64,000 bases of DNA from NCBI GenBank assembly GCA_050250895.1, contig JBFWNU010000001.1:1672008-1736007 (forward strand), in the 5' to 3' direction. Position numbers and translations under genes: made by a program. Positions within the stretch are counted from its first letter, which is position 1, and every line of letters begins with the position of its first letter. Shown piece by piece: positions 27,141 to 36,013 of this stretch. Origin of the DNA: Vulcanimicrobiota bacterium (GTDB lineage Bacteria > Vulcanimicrobiota > Xenobia > Xenobiales > JADMJV01). The notes below the pieces were generated by a model, which saw only the letters and a list, made by a program, of their open reading frames with translations, was not told the DNA's origin and ran no database searches.

Positions 27141-27869
27141 TCAGGAGCCGGCCGTGAACCCGCCGTCAACACCGAAGGTGGCTCCGGTCACGAACGAAGC
27201 CCGCTCGCTAAGCAGAAAGACGACCATCTCGGCCACCTCTTCAGGTCTGCCGAGGCGGCCCATGGGAATCTTGGCGAGAATCTTCTGGCCGGCTGCCTGG
27301 AAGGCTTTGGCCAGCATGGGCGTGTCGGTGGGGCCGGGCTCGACACAGTTCACCCGGATGCCAAAGCGCGCATACTCGCTGGCCAGAGCCCGGGTCAGGG
27401 CCGCCAGCCCCCCTTTGCTGGCCGCGTAGACAGCCTGGCCGGCATGGGCGCGCTGCTGGCTGACCGAGCCGAGATTGACGATCGAGCCGCCGCGCTTTTG
27501 CATCATACCGGGTAGGATCGCTCGGCAACAGTGGATGGGACCCAGCAGGTTGGTGTCGAGTTGGGCCCGGATCTGGTCCAGGCTGAGGGTGGGCAAGAGG
27601 CCGGCGTGATGGATGGCCGCGTTGTTGACCCAGCCGTCGAACTCTTCAAGCCAGTCGCCGCAGGCAGCCTCGATCGAGTCGGGATCGGTCACGTCGAGGT
27701 GGGCGGCTCGGGCTCGCAGTTCGGTGGCCAGTTGGCTGGCAGCTTCGGGGTGGCGGTGATAGCCCAGCAGCAGCCGAGCTCCGGCCCGGGCGCAGGCGCG
27801 GGCAATGGCTTGACCGATAGCCCCGGTGGCGCCGGTGATGGCGATGGTCTTGCCGGCCAGCTCAGCCAA
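27141..27869 (-). CDS. SDR / 3-oxoacyl-ACP reductase (FabG-like)
   Basis: [27 protein letters not shown]. Confidence 0.9.
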   Translation of the reverse strand: MAELAGKTIAITGATGAIGQAIARACARAGARLLLGYHRHPEAASQLATELRARAAHLDVTDPDSIEAACGDWLEEFDGWVNNAAIHHAGLLPTLSLDQIRAQLDTNLLGPIHCCRAILPGMMQKRGGSIVNLGSVSQQRAHAGQAVYAASKGGLAALTRALASEYARFGIRVNCVEPGPTDTPMLAKAFQAAGQKILAKIPMGRLGRPEEVAEMVVFLLSERASFVTGATFGVDGGFTAGS

Positions 27870-27871
27870 GC

Positions 27872-28948
27872 TCAGAAGTTCATGTTCATCGCGGTGCGCA
27901 CTTCGTCGAGGGTGGCCTGAGCCACCGCCCGGGCTTCTTCGACGCCCCGGCGCAGCACTCGAGAGACCAGCTCGGAGTCCTTTGCCAGCTCGGCACGCCG
28001 TTCGCGCAGGGGCTTTAGGTATTCGTTGAGGGCTTCGGTCATGGTGGTCTTGAGCTTGCCGGCCCCGCCGTCGCCGATGTCGCCCGCGATGTCCTGGGGA
28101 GAGCGACCGGTGCATAGACTGGTCACCAGCAGCAGATTGGCCACCTCGGGTCGGTTGTCGGGGTCGTAGGTAATGACTCGCTCGGAATCGGTCTTGGCCT
28201 TCTTGATGAGCTTGGCCGTCTCGTCGGCACTGGCGCCCAGCATGATGGCATTATTGCGGCTCTTGCTCATCTTCTGGCCGCCGTCGAGCCCGAGGATCAT
28301 GGGGGCCTCGCTCAGCAATGGGTGGGGCTCGGGAAAGACTCTCTTCTTCTTGGCGAAGCGCTGGTTGAAGCGACGAGCGATCAGCCGGCTCATCTCGAGG
28401 TGAGGGATCTGGTCTTTGCCCACCGGCACCAGGTTGGCTTTGCAGAACAGGATGTCGGCTGCCTGATGGACCGGATAGGTGTACATGCCAGCGTTGATAT
28501 TCTTGAGGCCGGCGGCCTGGATCTCGTCTTTTACGGTGGGATTGCGATCGAGTTCGGCCATGCTCACCAGGGTGAGAAAGGGCAGCAACAGCTGGTTGAG
28601 CTCGGGGATGTGGCTGTGGGGAAAGATGACGCACTGCTCGGGGTCGATGCCGGCGGCCAGATAGTCGAGGGTGAGCTCGCGCACGTTGTTGGCGATCTCG
28701 GCGAAGCTATCGCGATCGGTGAGCACCTGATAGTCTGCGATCACGATGAAGATGGGCACACCCAGGCCCTGCAGGCGCACCCGATTGTTGAGCGAGCCGA
28801 AAAGGTGCCCGATGTGGAGCGCCCCGGTGGGGCGGTCGCCGGTGAGCACGCGGAACTTCTTGGGATTGACCTTGAGTTCTTCTTCGATCTCCTGGCTACG
28901 GGCCAGGGTCGCGGCATAGGTGTCGGAAATGGTGGCCGGGCTTGTCAT
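27872..28948 (-). CDS. trpS: Tryptophanyl-tRNA synthetase
   Basis: [35 protein letters not shown]. Confidence 0.95.
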   Translation of the reverse strand: MTSPATISDTYAATLARSQEIEEELKVNPKKFRVLTGDRPTGALHIGHLFGSLNNRVRLQGLGVPIFIVIADYQVLTDRDSFAEIANNVRELTLDYLAAGIDPEQCVIFPHSHIPELNQLLLPFLTLVSMAELDRNPTVKDEIQAAGLKNINAGMYTYPVHQAADILFCKANLVPVGKDQIPHLEMSRLIARRFNQRFAKKKRVFPEPHPLLSEAPMILGLDGGQKMSKSRNNAIMLGASADETAKLIKKAKTDSERVITYDPDNRPEVANLLLVTSLCTGRSPQDIAGDIGDGGAGKLKTTMTEALNEYLKPLRERRAELAKDSELVSRVLRRGVEEARAVAQATLDEVRTAMNMNF

Positions 28949-28975
28949 ACTGCGGCCGTTCGCTTGCGGGCCGGG

Positions 28976-30172
28976 TTACCCCTGTCCGAGCACCAGGCAC
29001 GCGTTCTGGCCGCCAAAGGCAAAGGAGTTCTTGAGCATCAGGCCGGCGGCCGGCAGCGGCCGGGGACCTTCGGGGATATAGTCGAGGTCGCAGGCCGGGT
29101 CGGGTTGCTCGAGATTGATGGTGGGATGCACCAGGCCTCGTCGGGCGCAGGCCAGGGTGGCTGCCACCTCTACCGCTCCCGAGGCCGAGATGAGGTGGCC
29201 CAGCATCGACTTGGTCGAACTCACCCACAGACGCTCGGCGTGGGCCCCGAAGACGGCGCGCAGGGCCAAGGTTTCGATGGGATCGTTCTTGGGGGTCGAG
29301 GTGCCGTGGGCGTTGACGTAGGCGATCTGCTCGGGTCTCACGGCGGCGTTGGCCAGGGCCCGCCGCATGGCCAGCACAGCCCCCAGCCCCCGGGGGTGAG
29401 GCTCGCTGATGCCGTGAGCGTCAAACGAGTTGCCGAAGCCCAGCACCTCGCCGTAGCAGGTGGCCCCGCGGGCCTGGGCCGAGGCTTGCTCTTCTAGCAA
29501 CAACACGGCCGCGCCCTCGCCCAGCAAAAAGCCGTCGCGGCCTCGATCAAACGGTCGCGAGGCTTGCTCGGGTCGTTCATTGCGGGTGGTAGTGGCTCGA
29601 ATCTTGCAAAAGCCGGCCACTCCCATGGGGTTGATCATCGAGTCGCTACCGCCGGCCAGCATCCACCGGCGCTGACCTCGGCGGATGGTCCAAAAGGCGG
29701 TGCCGATGGCATCGGTCGAGGCGGCACAGGCCGAGATGTGGGTCTGAGGTGGATAGCTCAGGTTGAAGCGCCGGGAGATGGCTTCGATGCAAAGCTCGGA
29801 GGGGGTCTGGAGAAAGGTCTGGGGGTCGGCCCCAGGGGGCAGGCCATGATGATGCAGGTATTGGACCAGGTCAGGCATCGAGAAGAGATCGAGGCCGATG
29901 CCCAGGCTCAGGCCGCCAAGGCTGGGGTCGAGGGTCTGGCCGGCCATGGCTTGCTCGCTGGCGGCCAGAGCGAAGCTCCATTTGCGGTCGGGATGCTCTG
30001 GCAGGCCGGCGGTGTCGACCTGGGCGGCGATGCGCGTGGCCAGTCGAGCGGGCTCGAAGAGAGTGATGGGGCCGGCGCCCGAGCGTCCCGCCAGCAGGCC
30101 GTCGGCCAGAGCATCCAGAGAGTTGCCCAAAGGGGTGACCACCCCGATGCCGGTCACCATGACCCGCTTCAT
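28976..30172 (-). CDS. Beta-ketoacyl-ACP synthase (FabF/KS-alpha-like)
   Basis: VTGIGVVTPLG, SACAAS (Cys), NAHGTST and KSMLGH (His, His), NSFAFGG. Confidence 0.92.
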   Translation of the reverse strand: MKRVMVTGIGVVTPLGNSLDALADGLLAGRSGAGPITLFEPARLATRIAAQVDTAGLPEHPDRKWSFALAASEQAMAGQTLDPSLGGLSLGIGLDLFSMPDLVQYLHHHGLPPGADPQTFLQTPSELCIEAISRRFNLSYPPQTHISACAASTDAIGTAFWTIRRGQRRWMLAGGSDSMINPMGVAGFCKIRATTTRNERPEQASRPFDRGRDGFLLGEGAAVLLLEEQASAQARGATCYGEVLGFGNSFDAHGISEPHPRGLGAVLAMRRALANAAVRPEQIAYVNAHGTSTPKNDPIETLALRAVFGAHAERLWVSSTKSMLGHLISASGAVEVAATLACARRGLVHPTINLEQPDPACDLDYIPEGPRPLPAAGLMLKNSFAFGGQNACLVLGQG

Positions 30173-30945
30173 GGCTGCCACCGGCAGGCCACCGTCAGGC
30201 CGTCGGGAGTGTGGGCCCGGTGGGACCATTGCTGCTGACTGAGCTGATGGATCAACTCGGCCGGGCCCCAGGGCGAAGGCGAGGCAACCTGCCCGTCATA
30301 GGCGATGGAAAACTCGTGCAGGCGGGCCAGGCCCGGGCCTTTGCGCAGGCAGAGAAAGCCGGCCACGTCCTGGCCAGGGGGGTGACTGCGGCGTTGGCGG
30401 TGGTAGTCGACCAGAAAGTTGTTCTGGTCGGCCACCGCTCCCACTATAGCAAGCTCGATTTGGCCTTCTTGCAGGGCCCAAAGAGCCTGCTCGAGCACCT
30501 GGTAGAACTGGCCCAGGCCGGGAAAGCTGGTCATCGAAGGCCCCCGGATGCCCAGGTTGAGCGAGACGTGAAAGATCGGCATGTTGGGCAGACAGCGAAA
30601 GGTCAACAGCGGATTGACCTGATCCAGCCCGTCGCTCGAGAAGCGTTCCATCGAGAAGACTCCCTGTTCGGTCGAGTGCTCGGCCAAAGGCAGCATGTCG
30701 TCTTTTTCAAACGGGATGTGGCCGCTCACCAGATAGAGGCCGGCCTGCTCGAGAGCCCCGGGGTCGAGGTCGGCCTGGGCGGCTGCCTGGCAGGCGGCAG
30801 CCACGGCCAATCGGTCTTGTTTGCCCATGAACTTGAGCATCTTGCGCGACCTGAGCCAGGGGATGCAGTCGACGGGGTCCTGGCACAAAGCCAGTCCGGC
30901 CAGGCTTATCGAATCGCAAAGTCGAGCTTGAGGTGGCGTGTCCAC
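30169..30945 (-). CDS. Ketosynthase-like N-terminal-domain protein without catalytic Cys (CLF-like partner)
   Basis: KFMGKQDRLAVAAA, VNPLLTFRCLPNMPIFHVSLNLGIRGP, ALWALQEGQIELAIVGAV; no ACxS motif; start uncertain. Confidence 0.7.
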   Translation of the reverse strand: MDTPPQARLCDSISLAGLALCQDPVDCIPWLRSRKMLKFMGKQDRLAVAAACQAAAQADLDPGALEQAGLYLVSGHIPFEKDDMLPLAEHSTEQGVFSMERFSSDGLDQVNPLLTFRCLPNMPIFHVSLNLGIRGPSMTSFPGLGQFYQVLEQALWALQEGQIELAIVGAVADQNNFLVDYHRQRRSHPPGQDVAGFLCLRKGPGLARLHEFSIAYDGQVASPSPWGPAELIHQLSQQQWSHRAHTPDGLTVACRWQP

Positions 30946-31376
30946 AGGCTGTAGAGCTCCCGTCGTTGCTCGTGCACCCGAGGCGAGTCGACGGCCCGCA
31001 GCACGAAGGTCAAAAGGGCCCTGGCCACCTGTTGCTCGCCCAACTGGATGCGGCCCTCGACCTGGGCCGCGCCACCCAGGCTAGAAGACAGCTCGCAAGA
31101 TAGGCTGAGCACATCGCCGGGCCGGGCTGGATGGGTAAAGCGGGCCTGATCGATCTGGGCTAAAATGGCGCGTTGCTGGGGGTCTTCGCAATGCGAGATG
31201 TCCACCAGAAAGCCTCCCAACTGAGCCAACGCCTCCACCATCAGCGTGCCCGGAAAGAGCGGGTGACCGGGAAAATGGTCGTGCAGATAGTCTTCGCTCA
31301 GGCTGACGGCCTTGACGCCCCGGATGCTTTGACCGGGGATCAACTCGTCCACCCGGTCGACCAGAAAGAATCGCAC
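30906..31376 (-). CDS. FabZ/FabA-like 3-hydroxyacyl-ACP dehydratase
   Basis: FFLVDRV, HFPGHPLFPGTLMVEALAQ, PARPGD. Confidence 0.9.
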   Translation of the reverse strand: MRFFLVDRVDELIPGQSIRGVKAVSLSEDYLHDHFPGHPLFPGTLMVEALAQLGGFLVDISHCEDPQQRAILAQIDQARFTHPARPGDVLSLSCELSSSLGGAAQVEGRIQLGEQQVARALLTFVLRAVDSPRVHEQRRELYSLWTRHLKLDFAIR

Positions 31377-32831
31377 CTACCACCTCCGACCGGCGCCCAG
31401 TAGCTCCAGCGGTGGGCTGGGCCGGTGGGCAAAGCGCGGGTCGCGGGCCCGATAGAGGATGTTGTAAGAGCAGGTGGGCACGTTGCCGCCATCGGCCGAG
31501 GGCACGCCCACGCAGCACTGGCGAATGCGGTCGGTATCGAAATTCTCTTCGTCCATGTGCGAGTGGATGTAGATGGTCTTGGCCGAACGTTCGGCGATCA
31601 GCTGTTGCTCGGCATACTCCAGGGGACGGTTTGGAAAGATGCGACAGATGAGGTCTTTGAGGGCTTTGAGCACGCGCTCGCCGGTGTCGTCGGGAAGTTC
31701 GCGGCTCCACAGATCGGCGATGACGCCTTGCATGGCCTCTTCCATCCTGGCTCCGGGTTCCATGTAGAGATTGTCGGTGAGCAGGTGGCGGATGACGGGT
31801 TTATCCATGAAGCGCGCGAAAGGCAAAAAATCGCCCTGCCCCAGGTTGAGTAGGTAACAGGTCTGGTAGCACATCGGGTGGGCGCACGGCGAGGGCACGA
31901 AGTCGGCTTTGGCGATGCGGCCGCCGCTGGCTTTCTCGATGGAAGCCAGCACATCCGGCACGGTGATGCGGCTGTTGGGGTCAAAGTCGGTGCCCCCCTG
32001 GCCGGTGAAGCACATGGTGTGGATCTCGAGGCTACGAATGTGTTCGCGCTCGAGGCACAATTCGACCAGGGCCCCCACTTCGTGATCGTTGACACCCAGC
32101 GCCAGCACGGGGATGAGGGTGGTGTCGAGGCCGAACTGTTCGAGCCGGTCCAACACGCGCAGCTTGGCCGAGGTGCAGTTGGCTCCCAACATCTTGCGGT
32201 TGATGGCATCTTCGAACGAGTCAAAGGAGAGCACGATCCGGGCCCGCAACTCGGAGAGCTCTTCGAGCAGGGCGTCGTTCTTGAGAAAGGCCAGGCCGTG
32301 GGTGGAGATGGTCACGCGGTGGATCCCGGCCTCATGGCAGAGTCGCACGATACCAGGCAGGTCGGGATGCAGGGTCGGCTCGCCGCCGGTCAGGTTGATG
32401 ATTTTTCGCTCGGGGTCGTTGTGGCGCATCACCTCGAGGATCTGGGCGAACTCTTCCTGGCTGATGTGAAACGGCTCTTGGTTCTTGTTGATGGTATAGC
32501 AGATGGGGCAGTCGAGGTTGCACACGCTGGTGATGGGAATGACCGGCAGATAGGTCTTCTGCTGGTGGGCGCCGCAGGCGCCACAGTCATAGGGGCAGCC
32601 CTGTTCGATGTCTTTCTTGATCAGGGCCGGGGCCACCAGGGCGGCCGGATAGCCCATCGTCTCGTGATACCAGGCCGCGTCTGAGGCCAGCAGCACCGTG
32701 CGCTGGCCGTGCTCGGGGCAGCTTTTGCGCAGATAGACGGCCCCCTCGTGCTCGACGATCTCGGCCTCGACCCCACGCTTGCACACCGTGCACAGGCTCG
32801 AGGTCTTCGTCAACAGCTGGGTGATGGCCAT
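31377..32831 (-). CDS. Radical SAM enzyme of the Tes/GDGT-MAS (MJ0619-like) family
   Basis: N-terminal CTVC...CPEH, then CPYDCGACGAH, CNLDCPIC (radical SAM), TGGEPT, C-terminal MDEENFDTDRIRQCC...DGGNVPTCSYN. Confidence 0.8.
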   Translation of the reverse strand: MAITQLLTKTSSLCTVCKRGVEAEIVEHEGAVYLRKSCPEHGQRTVLLASDAAWYHETMGYPAALVAPALIKKDIEQGCPYDCGACGAHQQKTYLPVIPITSVCNLDCPICYTINKNQEPFHISQEEFAQILEVMRHNDPERKIINLTGGEPTLHPDLPGIVRLCHEAGIHRVTISTHGLAFLKNDALLEELSELRARIVLSFDSFEDAINRKMLGANCTSAKLRVLDRLEQFGLDTTLIPVLALGVNDHEVGALVELCLEREHIRSLEIHTMCFTGQGGTDFDPNSRITVPDVLASIEKASGGRIAKADFVPSPCAHPMCYQTCYLLNLGQGDFLPFARFMDKPVIRHLLTDNLYMEPGARMEEAMQGVIADLWSRELPDDTGERVLKALKDLICRIFPNRPLEYAEQQLIAERSAKTIYIHSHMDEENFDTDRIRQCCVGVPSADGGNVPTCSYNILYRARDPRFAHRPSPPLELLGAGRRW

Positions 32832-32933
32832 CAGCCTCTATTGGAATTGCCGGGGGTGTAACCCTTCCCCGTTCGAGTCGGTAAATTTCGAATTTCCGTT
32901 GCGAAATTTCCAGAAATTCCGTATCATTGTTTC

Positions 32934-34091
32934 GTGTTTTACGGACGAAGCCTCGCCTTGGAGCCCCTTCTCGAGCATCGTTCTGTGTTTCTCTTCGGGC
33001 CCCGGCAAACCGGCAAGACCACCTATCTAAGAGCAAGATTCCCGCAAGCGCGTTATATCGATCTTCTCGATGCGCGAGTCTTCCGGGAGCTTAGTGCCCG
33101 ACCCGAGTCGCTCAGGCAGTCTCTGGTTCCTGAGCAAAGGCTGGTGATCATCGACGAGATCCAAAAGCTCCCTGAACTCCTCGACGAAGTGCATCTGATG
33201 ATCGAGTCTTCTCCGCAGCTGCGCTTCGTTCTCACCGGAAGCAGCGCCCGAAAGCTAAAGAGGGGCAGGGCCAACCTGCTGGCGGGGCGAGCCCTGACCT
33301 GTTCGCTGCACCCTCTCGTGTCGGCTGAACTCGGTGGCGCCCAGCTCGACGAGCGAATTCAACGAGGCAGCTTGCCGCCGGTGCTCTCCTCTCCGATTCC
33401 GTTCGAAGACCTGCACGCCTATGCTGGCACCTATTTGCAAGAGGAGATTCAAGCCGAGGGGCTCACCCGGAACATCTCCAACTTTAGCCGATTTCTCGAG
33501 ACAGCCGCACTCTCCAATGGCCAGGTGCTCAACTACACGGCGATTGGCAGCGACACCGGTATCAAGGCCCGGACGATCCAGAGCTACTATCAGATTCTCG
33601 AAGACACTCTGGTCGGACACGTGCTGGAACCCTATCGAAAGACCCGAAAGCGTAAGGCCGTCAGCACCGGAAAGTTCTACTTTTTCGATGTCGGGGTGGC
33701 CAACGTGCTGGCCGGGCGAGAAGTGCTGGCTCCCCGGACGCCTGAGTATGGGGTGGCTTTCGAGCACCTCGTCTTCTTGGAGTTGCGGACCTTCCTGGAC
33801 TATCACAGAATCCGAACTCCCCTCACCTTCTGGCGGACTCACACTCAGGCCGAGGTCGATTTCGTGGTAGGGGATGCATTGGCCATCGAGGTGAAAGCAA
33901 CCGAACACGTCGGTCGACGTGATCTCGCCGGGCTGAGGCTCCTGGCCGAGGAACTTCCCGAGCTACGCCGGCTGGTCGTGTGCCGCGAGTCGACCGCTCG
34001 CGTGGAAGAAGACGGAATCGAGATTGTCCCGGTCGAGCAGTTCTTCCGACTTTTGTGGGACGGCCAACTCATTGGGGCGCAGAGCTTGTGA
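32934..34091 (+). CDS. AAA_14 / DUF4143 ATP-binding protein
   Basis: GPRQTGKT Walker A, IIDEIQK Walker B, LTGSS, KFYFFDVG, EVDF...AIEVK. Confidence 0.9.
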   Translation: MFYGRSLALEPLLEHRSVFLFGPRQTGKTTYLRARFPQARYIDLLDARVFRELSARPESLRQSLVPEQRLVIIDEIQKLPELLDEVHLMIESSPQLRFVLTGSSARKLKRGRANLLAGRALTCSLHPLVSAELGGAQLDERIQRGSLPPVLSSPIPFEDLHAYAGTYLQEEIQAEGLTRNISNFSRFLETAALSNGQVLNYTAIGSDTGIKARTIQSYYQILEDTLVGHVLEPYRKTRKRKAVSTGKFYFFDVGVANVLAGREVLAPRTPEYGVAFEHLVFLELRTFLDYHRIRTPLTFWRTHTQAEVDFVVGDALAIEVKATEHVGRRDLAGLRLLAEELPELRRLVVCRESTARVEEDGIEIVPVEQFFRLLWDGQLIGAQSL

Positions 34092-34578
34092 GCGCGCGCA
34101 GGCCCACGTCCACCAGATACAGACAAGCCGCGCCCACGAGGGTGGTGACCAGCCAGTATTGCCAGAAGGCGAGTCCTACTACGTCTCTGGCCGAGTGCGA
34201 GGCGTTGATGTTCAAGGCTGCCGGGGTGAGCCAGCCGCAGGCCAGGCGCACGGCCACGAAAAAGAGCCAGGCCTCTAACCAGACCGGAGCCCCGTTCTGC
34301 TTGCCCTGGCGCAGCCAGTAAATGGCAAAGGCCAGTCCGCCCAGGTGGGATAGATAGCTGACCGGCGCGATGGTCGGGTCGAGGGTGAGCTCGCGCAGCC
34401 ACAGGGGCGTGCCGGCCACGATCCAGAGCACGCCCATCCTGACCACGTAAGGGCGCTCGAGCAAGACGCCCAGGCCCATCAGCAGGTTGGCCAGCTGGCA
34501 CATCCAGAGGCTGTCCCAGACGACCCCGCGGCGGGCGTTGTCGGCAAAGTCGAGCAGAAACAACCCGAGGGGGATCAC
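34069..34578 (-). CDS. Hypothetical integral membrane protein
   Basis: About five hydrophobic segments; GTGA-coupled to the upstream SDR. Confidence 0.65.
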   Translation of the reverse strand: MIPLGLFLLDFADNARRGVVWDSLWMCQLANLLMGLGVLLERPYVVRMGVLWIVAGTPLWLRELTLDPTIAPVSYLSHLGGLAFAIYWLRQGKQNGAPVWLEAWLFFVAVRLACGWLTPAALNINASHSARDVVGLAFWQYWLVTTLVGAACLYLVDVGLRALTSSAPQ

Positions 34579-35282
34579 AGGCCCCCGTCGAGCAGCAGCG
34601 TCTGGCCGGTCAGATAAGTGTTGTCGACCACGAGCCAGGCCACCAGCTCGGCTACCTCAGCGGCGGTGCCGAAGCGCTTGAGCGAGCAGTGGGTCAGATA
34701 GGCCTGGCGCAGCTCGTCGCCCAGCTTGCTCGACAGACCCCCCTCAAGGATGCCCAGAGCCACCAGGTTGATGCAAGTCTGGCGATGGCCCAGCTCCTTG
34801 GCCAGCGACTCGACCATGCCCTTGAGGGCCGCCTGACTGGCGGCGAAATGGCTGGCCGCCGGCACCGGCTTGATGCCATCGATGGCCGAGATCAGCACCA
34901 GGTTGCCGCCCTCGAGGTAAGGAGCCGCCGCCCGGCACAGAGCGAAGTTGCCGCGGGCGTTGGTCTCGAGCACGTGGTCGAAAGCCTGGCGGTCGATGGG
35001 TTGCAGGCGGTCATAGTCGGGGGCGCTGACCTTCTGATAGAAGTAGTCATCGCCCGAAACACCGGCCGCCCCGACCACCGCATCGAGGCCTCCGAGGCGC
35101 TCGACGGCCGTGGCCACGACCCGCTCGAGGCTTTCGAAATCCCGGAGATCGCAGGCCAGTCCGTCGGGGTGAGGGCGGGTGTGATAGGTCGAGACAAGCT
35201 GGCAGTCTTCGGCCCGCAGCCGCTGGCAAATAGCTGACCCGACATAGCCGGAACCACCAATCACCAGACAGCGCCTCTTCAT
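34575..35282 (-). CDS. SDR-family protein with degenerate catalytic motif
   Basis: IGGSGYVG Rossmann motif, but FAASQ in place of YxxxK; LTGQTLLLDGG. Confidence 0.8.
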   Translation of the reverse strand: MKRRCLVIGGSGYVGSAICQRLRAEDCQLVSTYHTRPHPDGLACDLRDFESLERVVATAVERLGGLDAVVGAAGVSGDDYFYQKVSAPDYDRLQPIDRQAFDHVLETNARGNFALCRAAAPYLEGGNLVLISAIDGIKPVPAASHFAASQAALKGMVESLAKELGHRQTCINLVALGILEGGLSSKLGDELRQAYLTHCSLKRFGTAAEVAELVAWLVVDNTYLTGQTLLLDGGL

Positions 35283-36013
35283 AGCCCACCGTCCATGAGG
35301 ATGGTGGCGCCGGTCATGTAGCTGTTGCGGTCAGAAGCTAGAAAGGCGGCCAGGCGAGCGACCTCGTCGAGTTTGCCGACCCGGTGCAGGGCCACATGCT
35401 TGAGGTATTCCTTAAGCCGATGCTCGGGTAGATTGCGGCCCACGCCGTCGTCGAGCAAGCCTGGGGCCAGGCAGTTGACCCGAATGTTGTAGCGGGCGAT
35501 CTCCTTGGCCAGGGCCTCGGTGAAGCCTTTGACGGCGGCCTTGCTGGCCGAATAGTGGATGGGGGCCTCGATGAGGCGCAAGCCGGCCAGTGAGCCGATG
35601 TTGAGGATGCAACCGGCCTTGCGCCGGATCATCCCGCGCACCGCCGCGCGGGTGGCTATAAAATAGCCTTTCACGTTGACATCCATGACGGCGTCCCAAT
35701 CTTCGGCCTCCATCAGGGCCAGCGGCAGGGGCTGGCTGATACCGGCGTTATTGACCAGGATATCCAGGGCCCCCCACTCCTTTTCGAGCTCGCTCACCAT
35801 CTGGTTGAGGCCGGCCTCGTCGGTTACCGACACCTGAAAAGCTCGCCCTTGCGGCAACTCTCTCAGCGTTTGTTGGGCACCCGCCTCGTCGCTGGAGAAG
35901 TTGAAGGCCACTTGCGCCCCCTCGGCGGCAAAGGTTTGGCAGAGGCTGCGCCCCAGGCCGCGAGAGCCGCCGGTGACCAGCACCTTTTTGTCAGCTAGCA
36001 GGGGCTCTTTCAC
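35279..36013 (-). CDS. SDR / 3-oxoacyl-ACP reductase (FabG-like)
   Basis: TGGSRGLG, LVNNAG, YSASK, MTGATILMDGG; start uncertain. Confidence 0.9.
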   Translation of the reverse strand: MKEPLLADKKVLVTGGSRGLGRSLCQTFAAEGAQVAFNFSSDEAGAQQTLRELPQGRAFQVSVTDEAGLNQMVSELEKEWGALDILVNNAGISQPLPLALMEAEDWDAVMDVNVKGYFIATRAAVRGMIRRKAGCILNIGSLAGLRLIEAPIHYSASKAAVKGFTEALAKEIARYNIRVNCLAPGLLDDGVGRNLPEHRLKEYLKHVALHRVGKLDEVARLAAFLASDRNSYMTGATILMDGGL

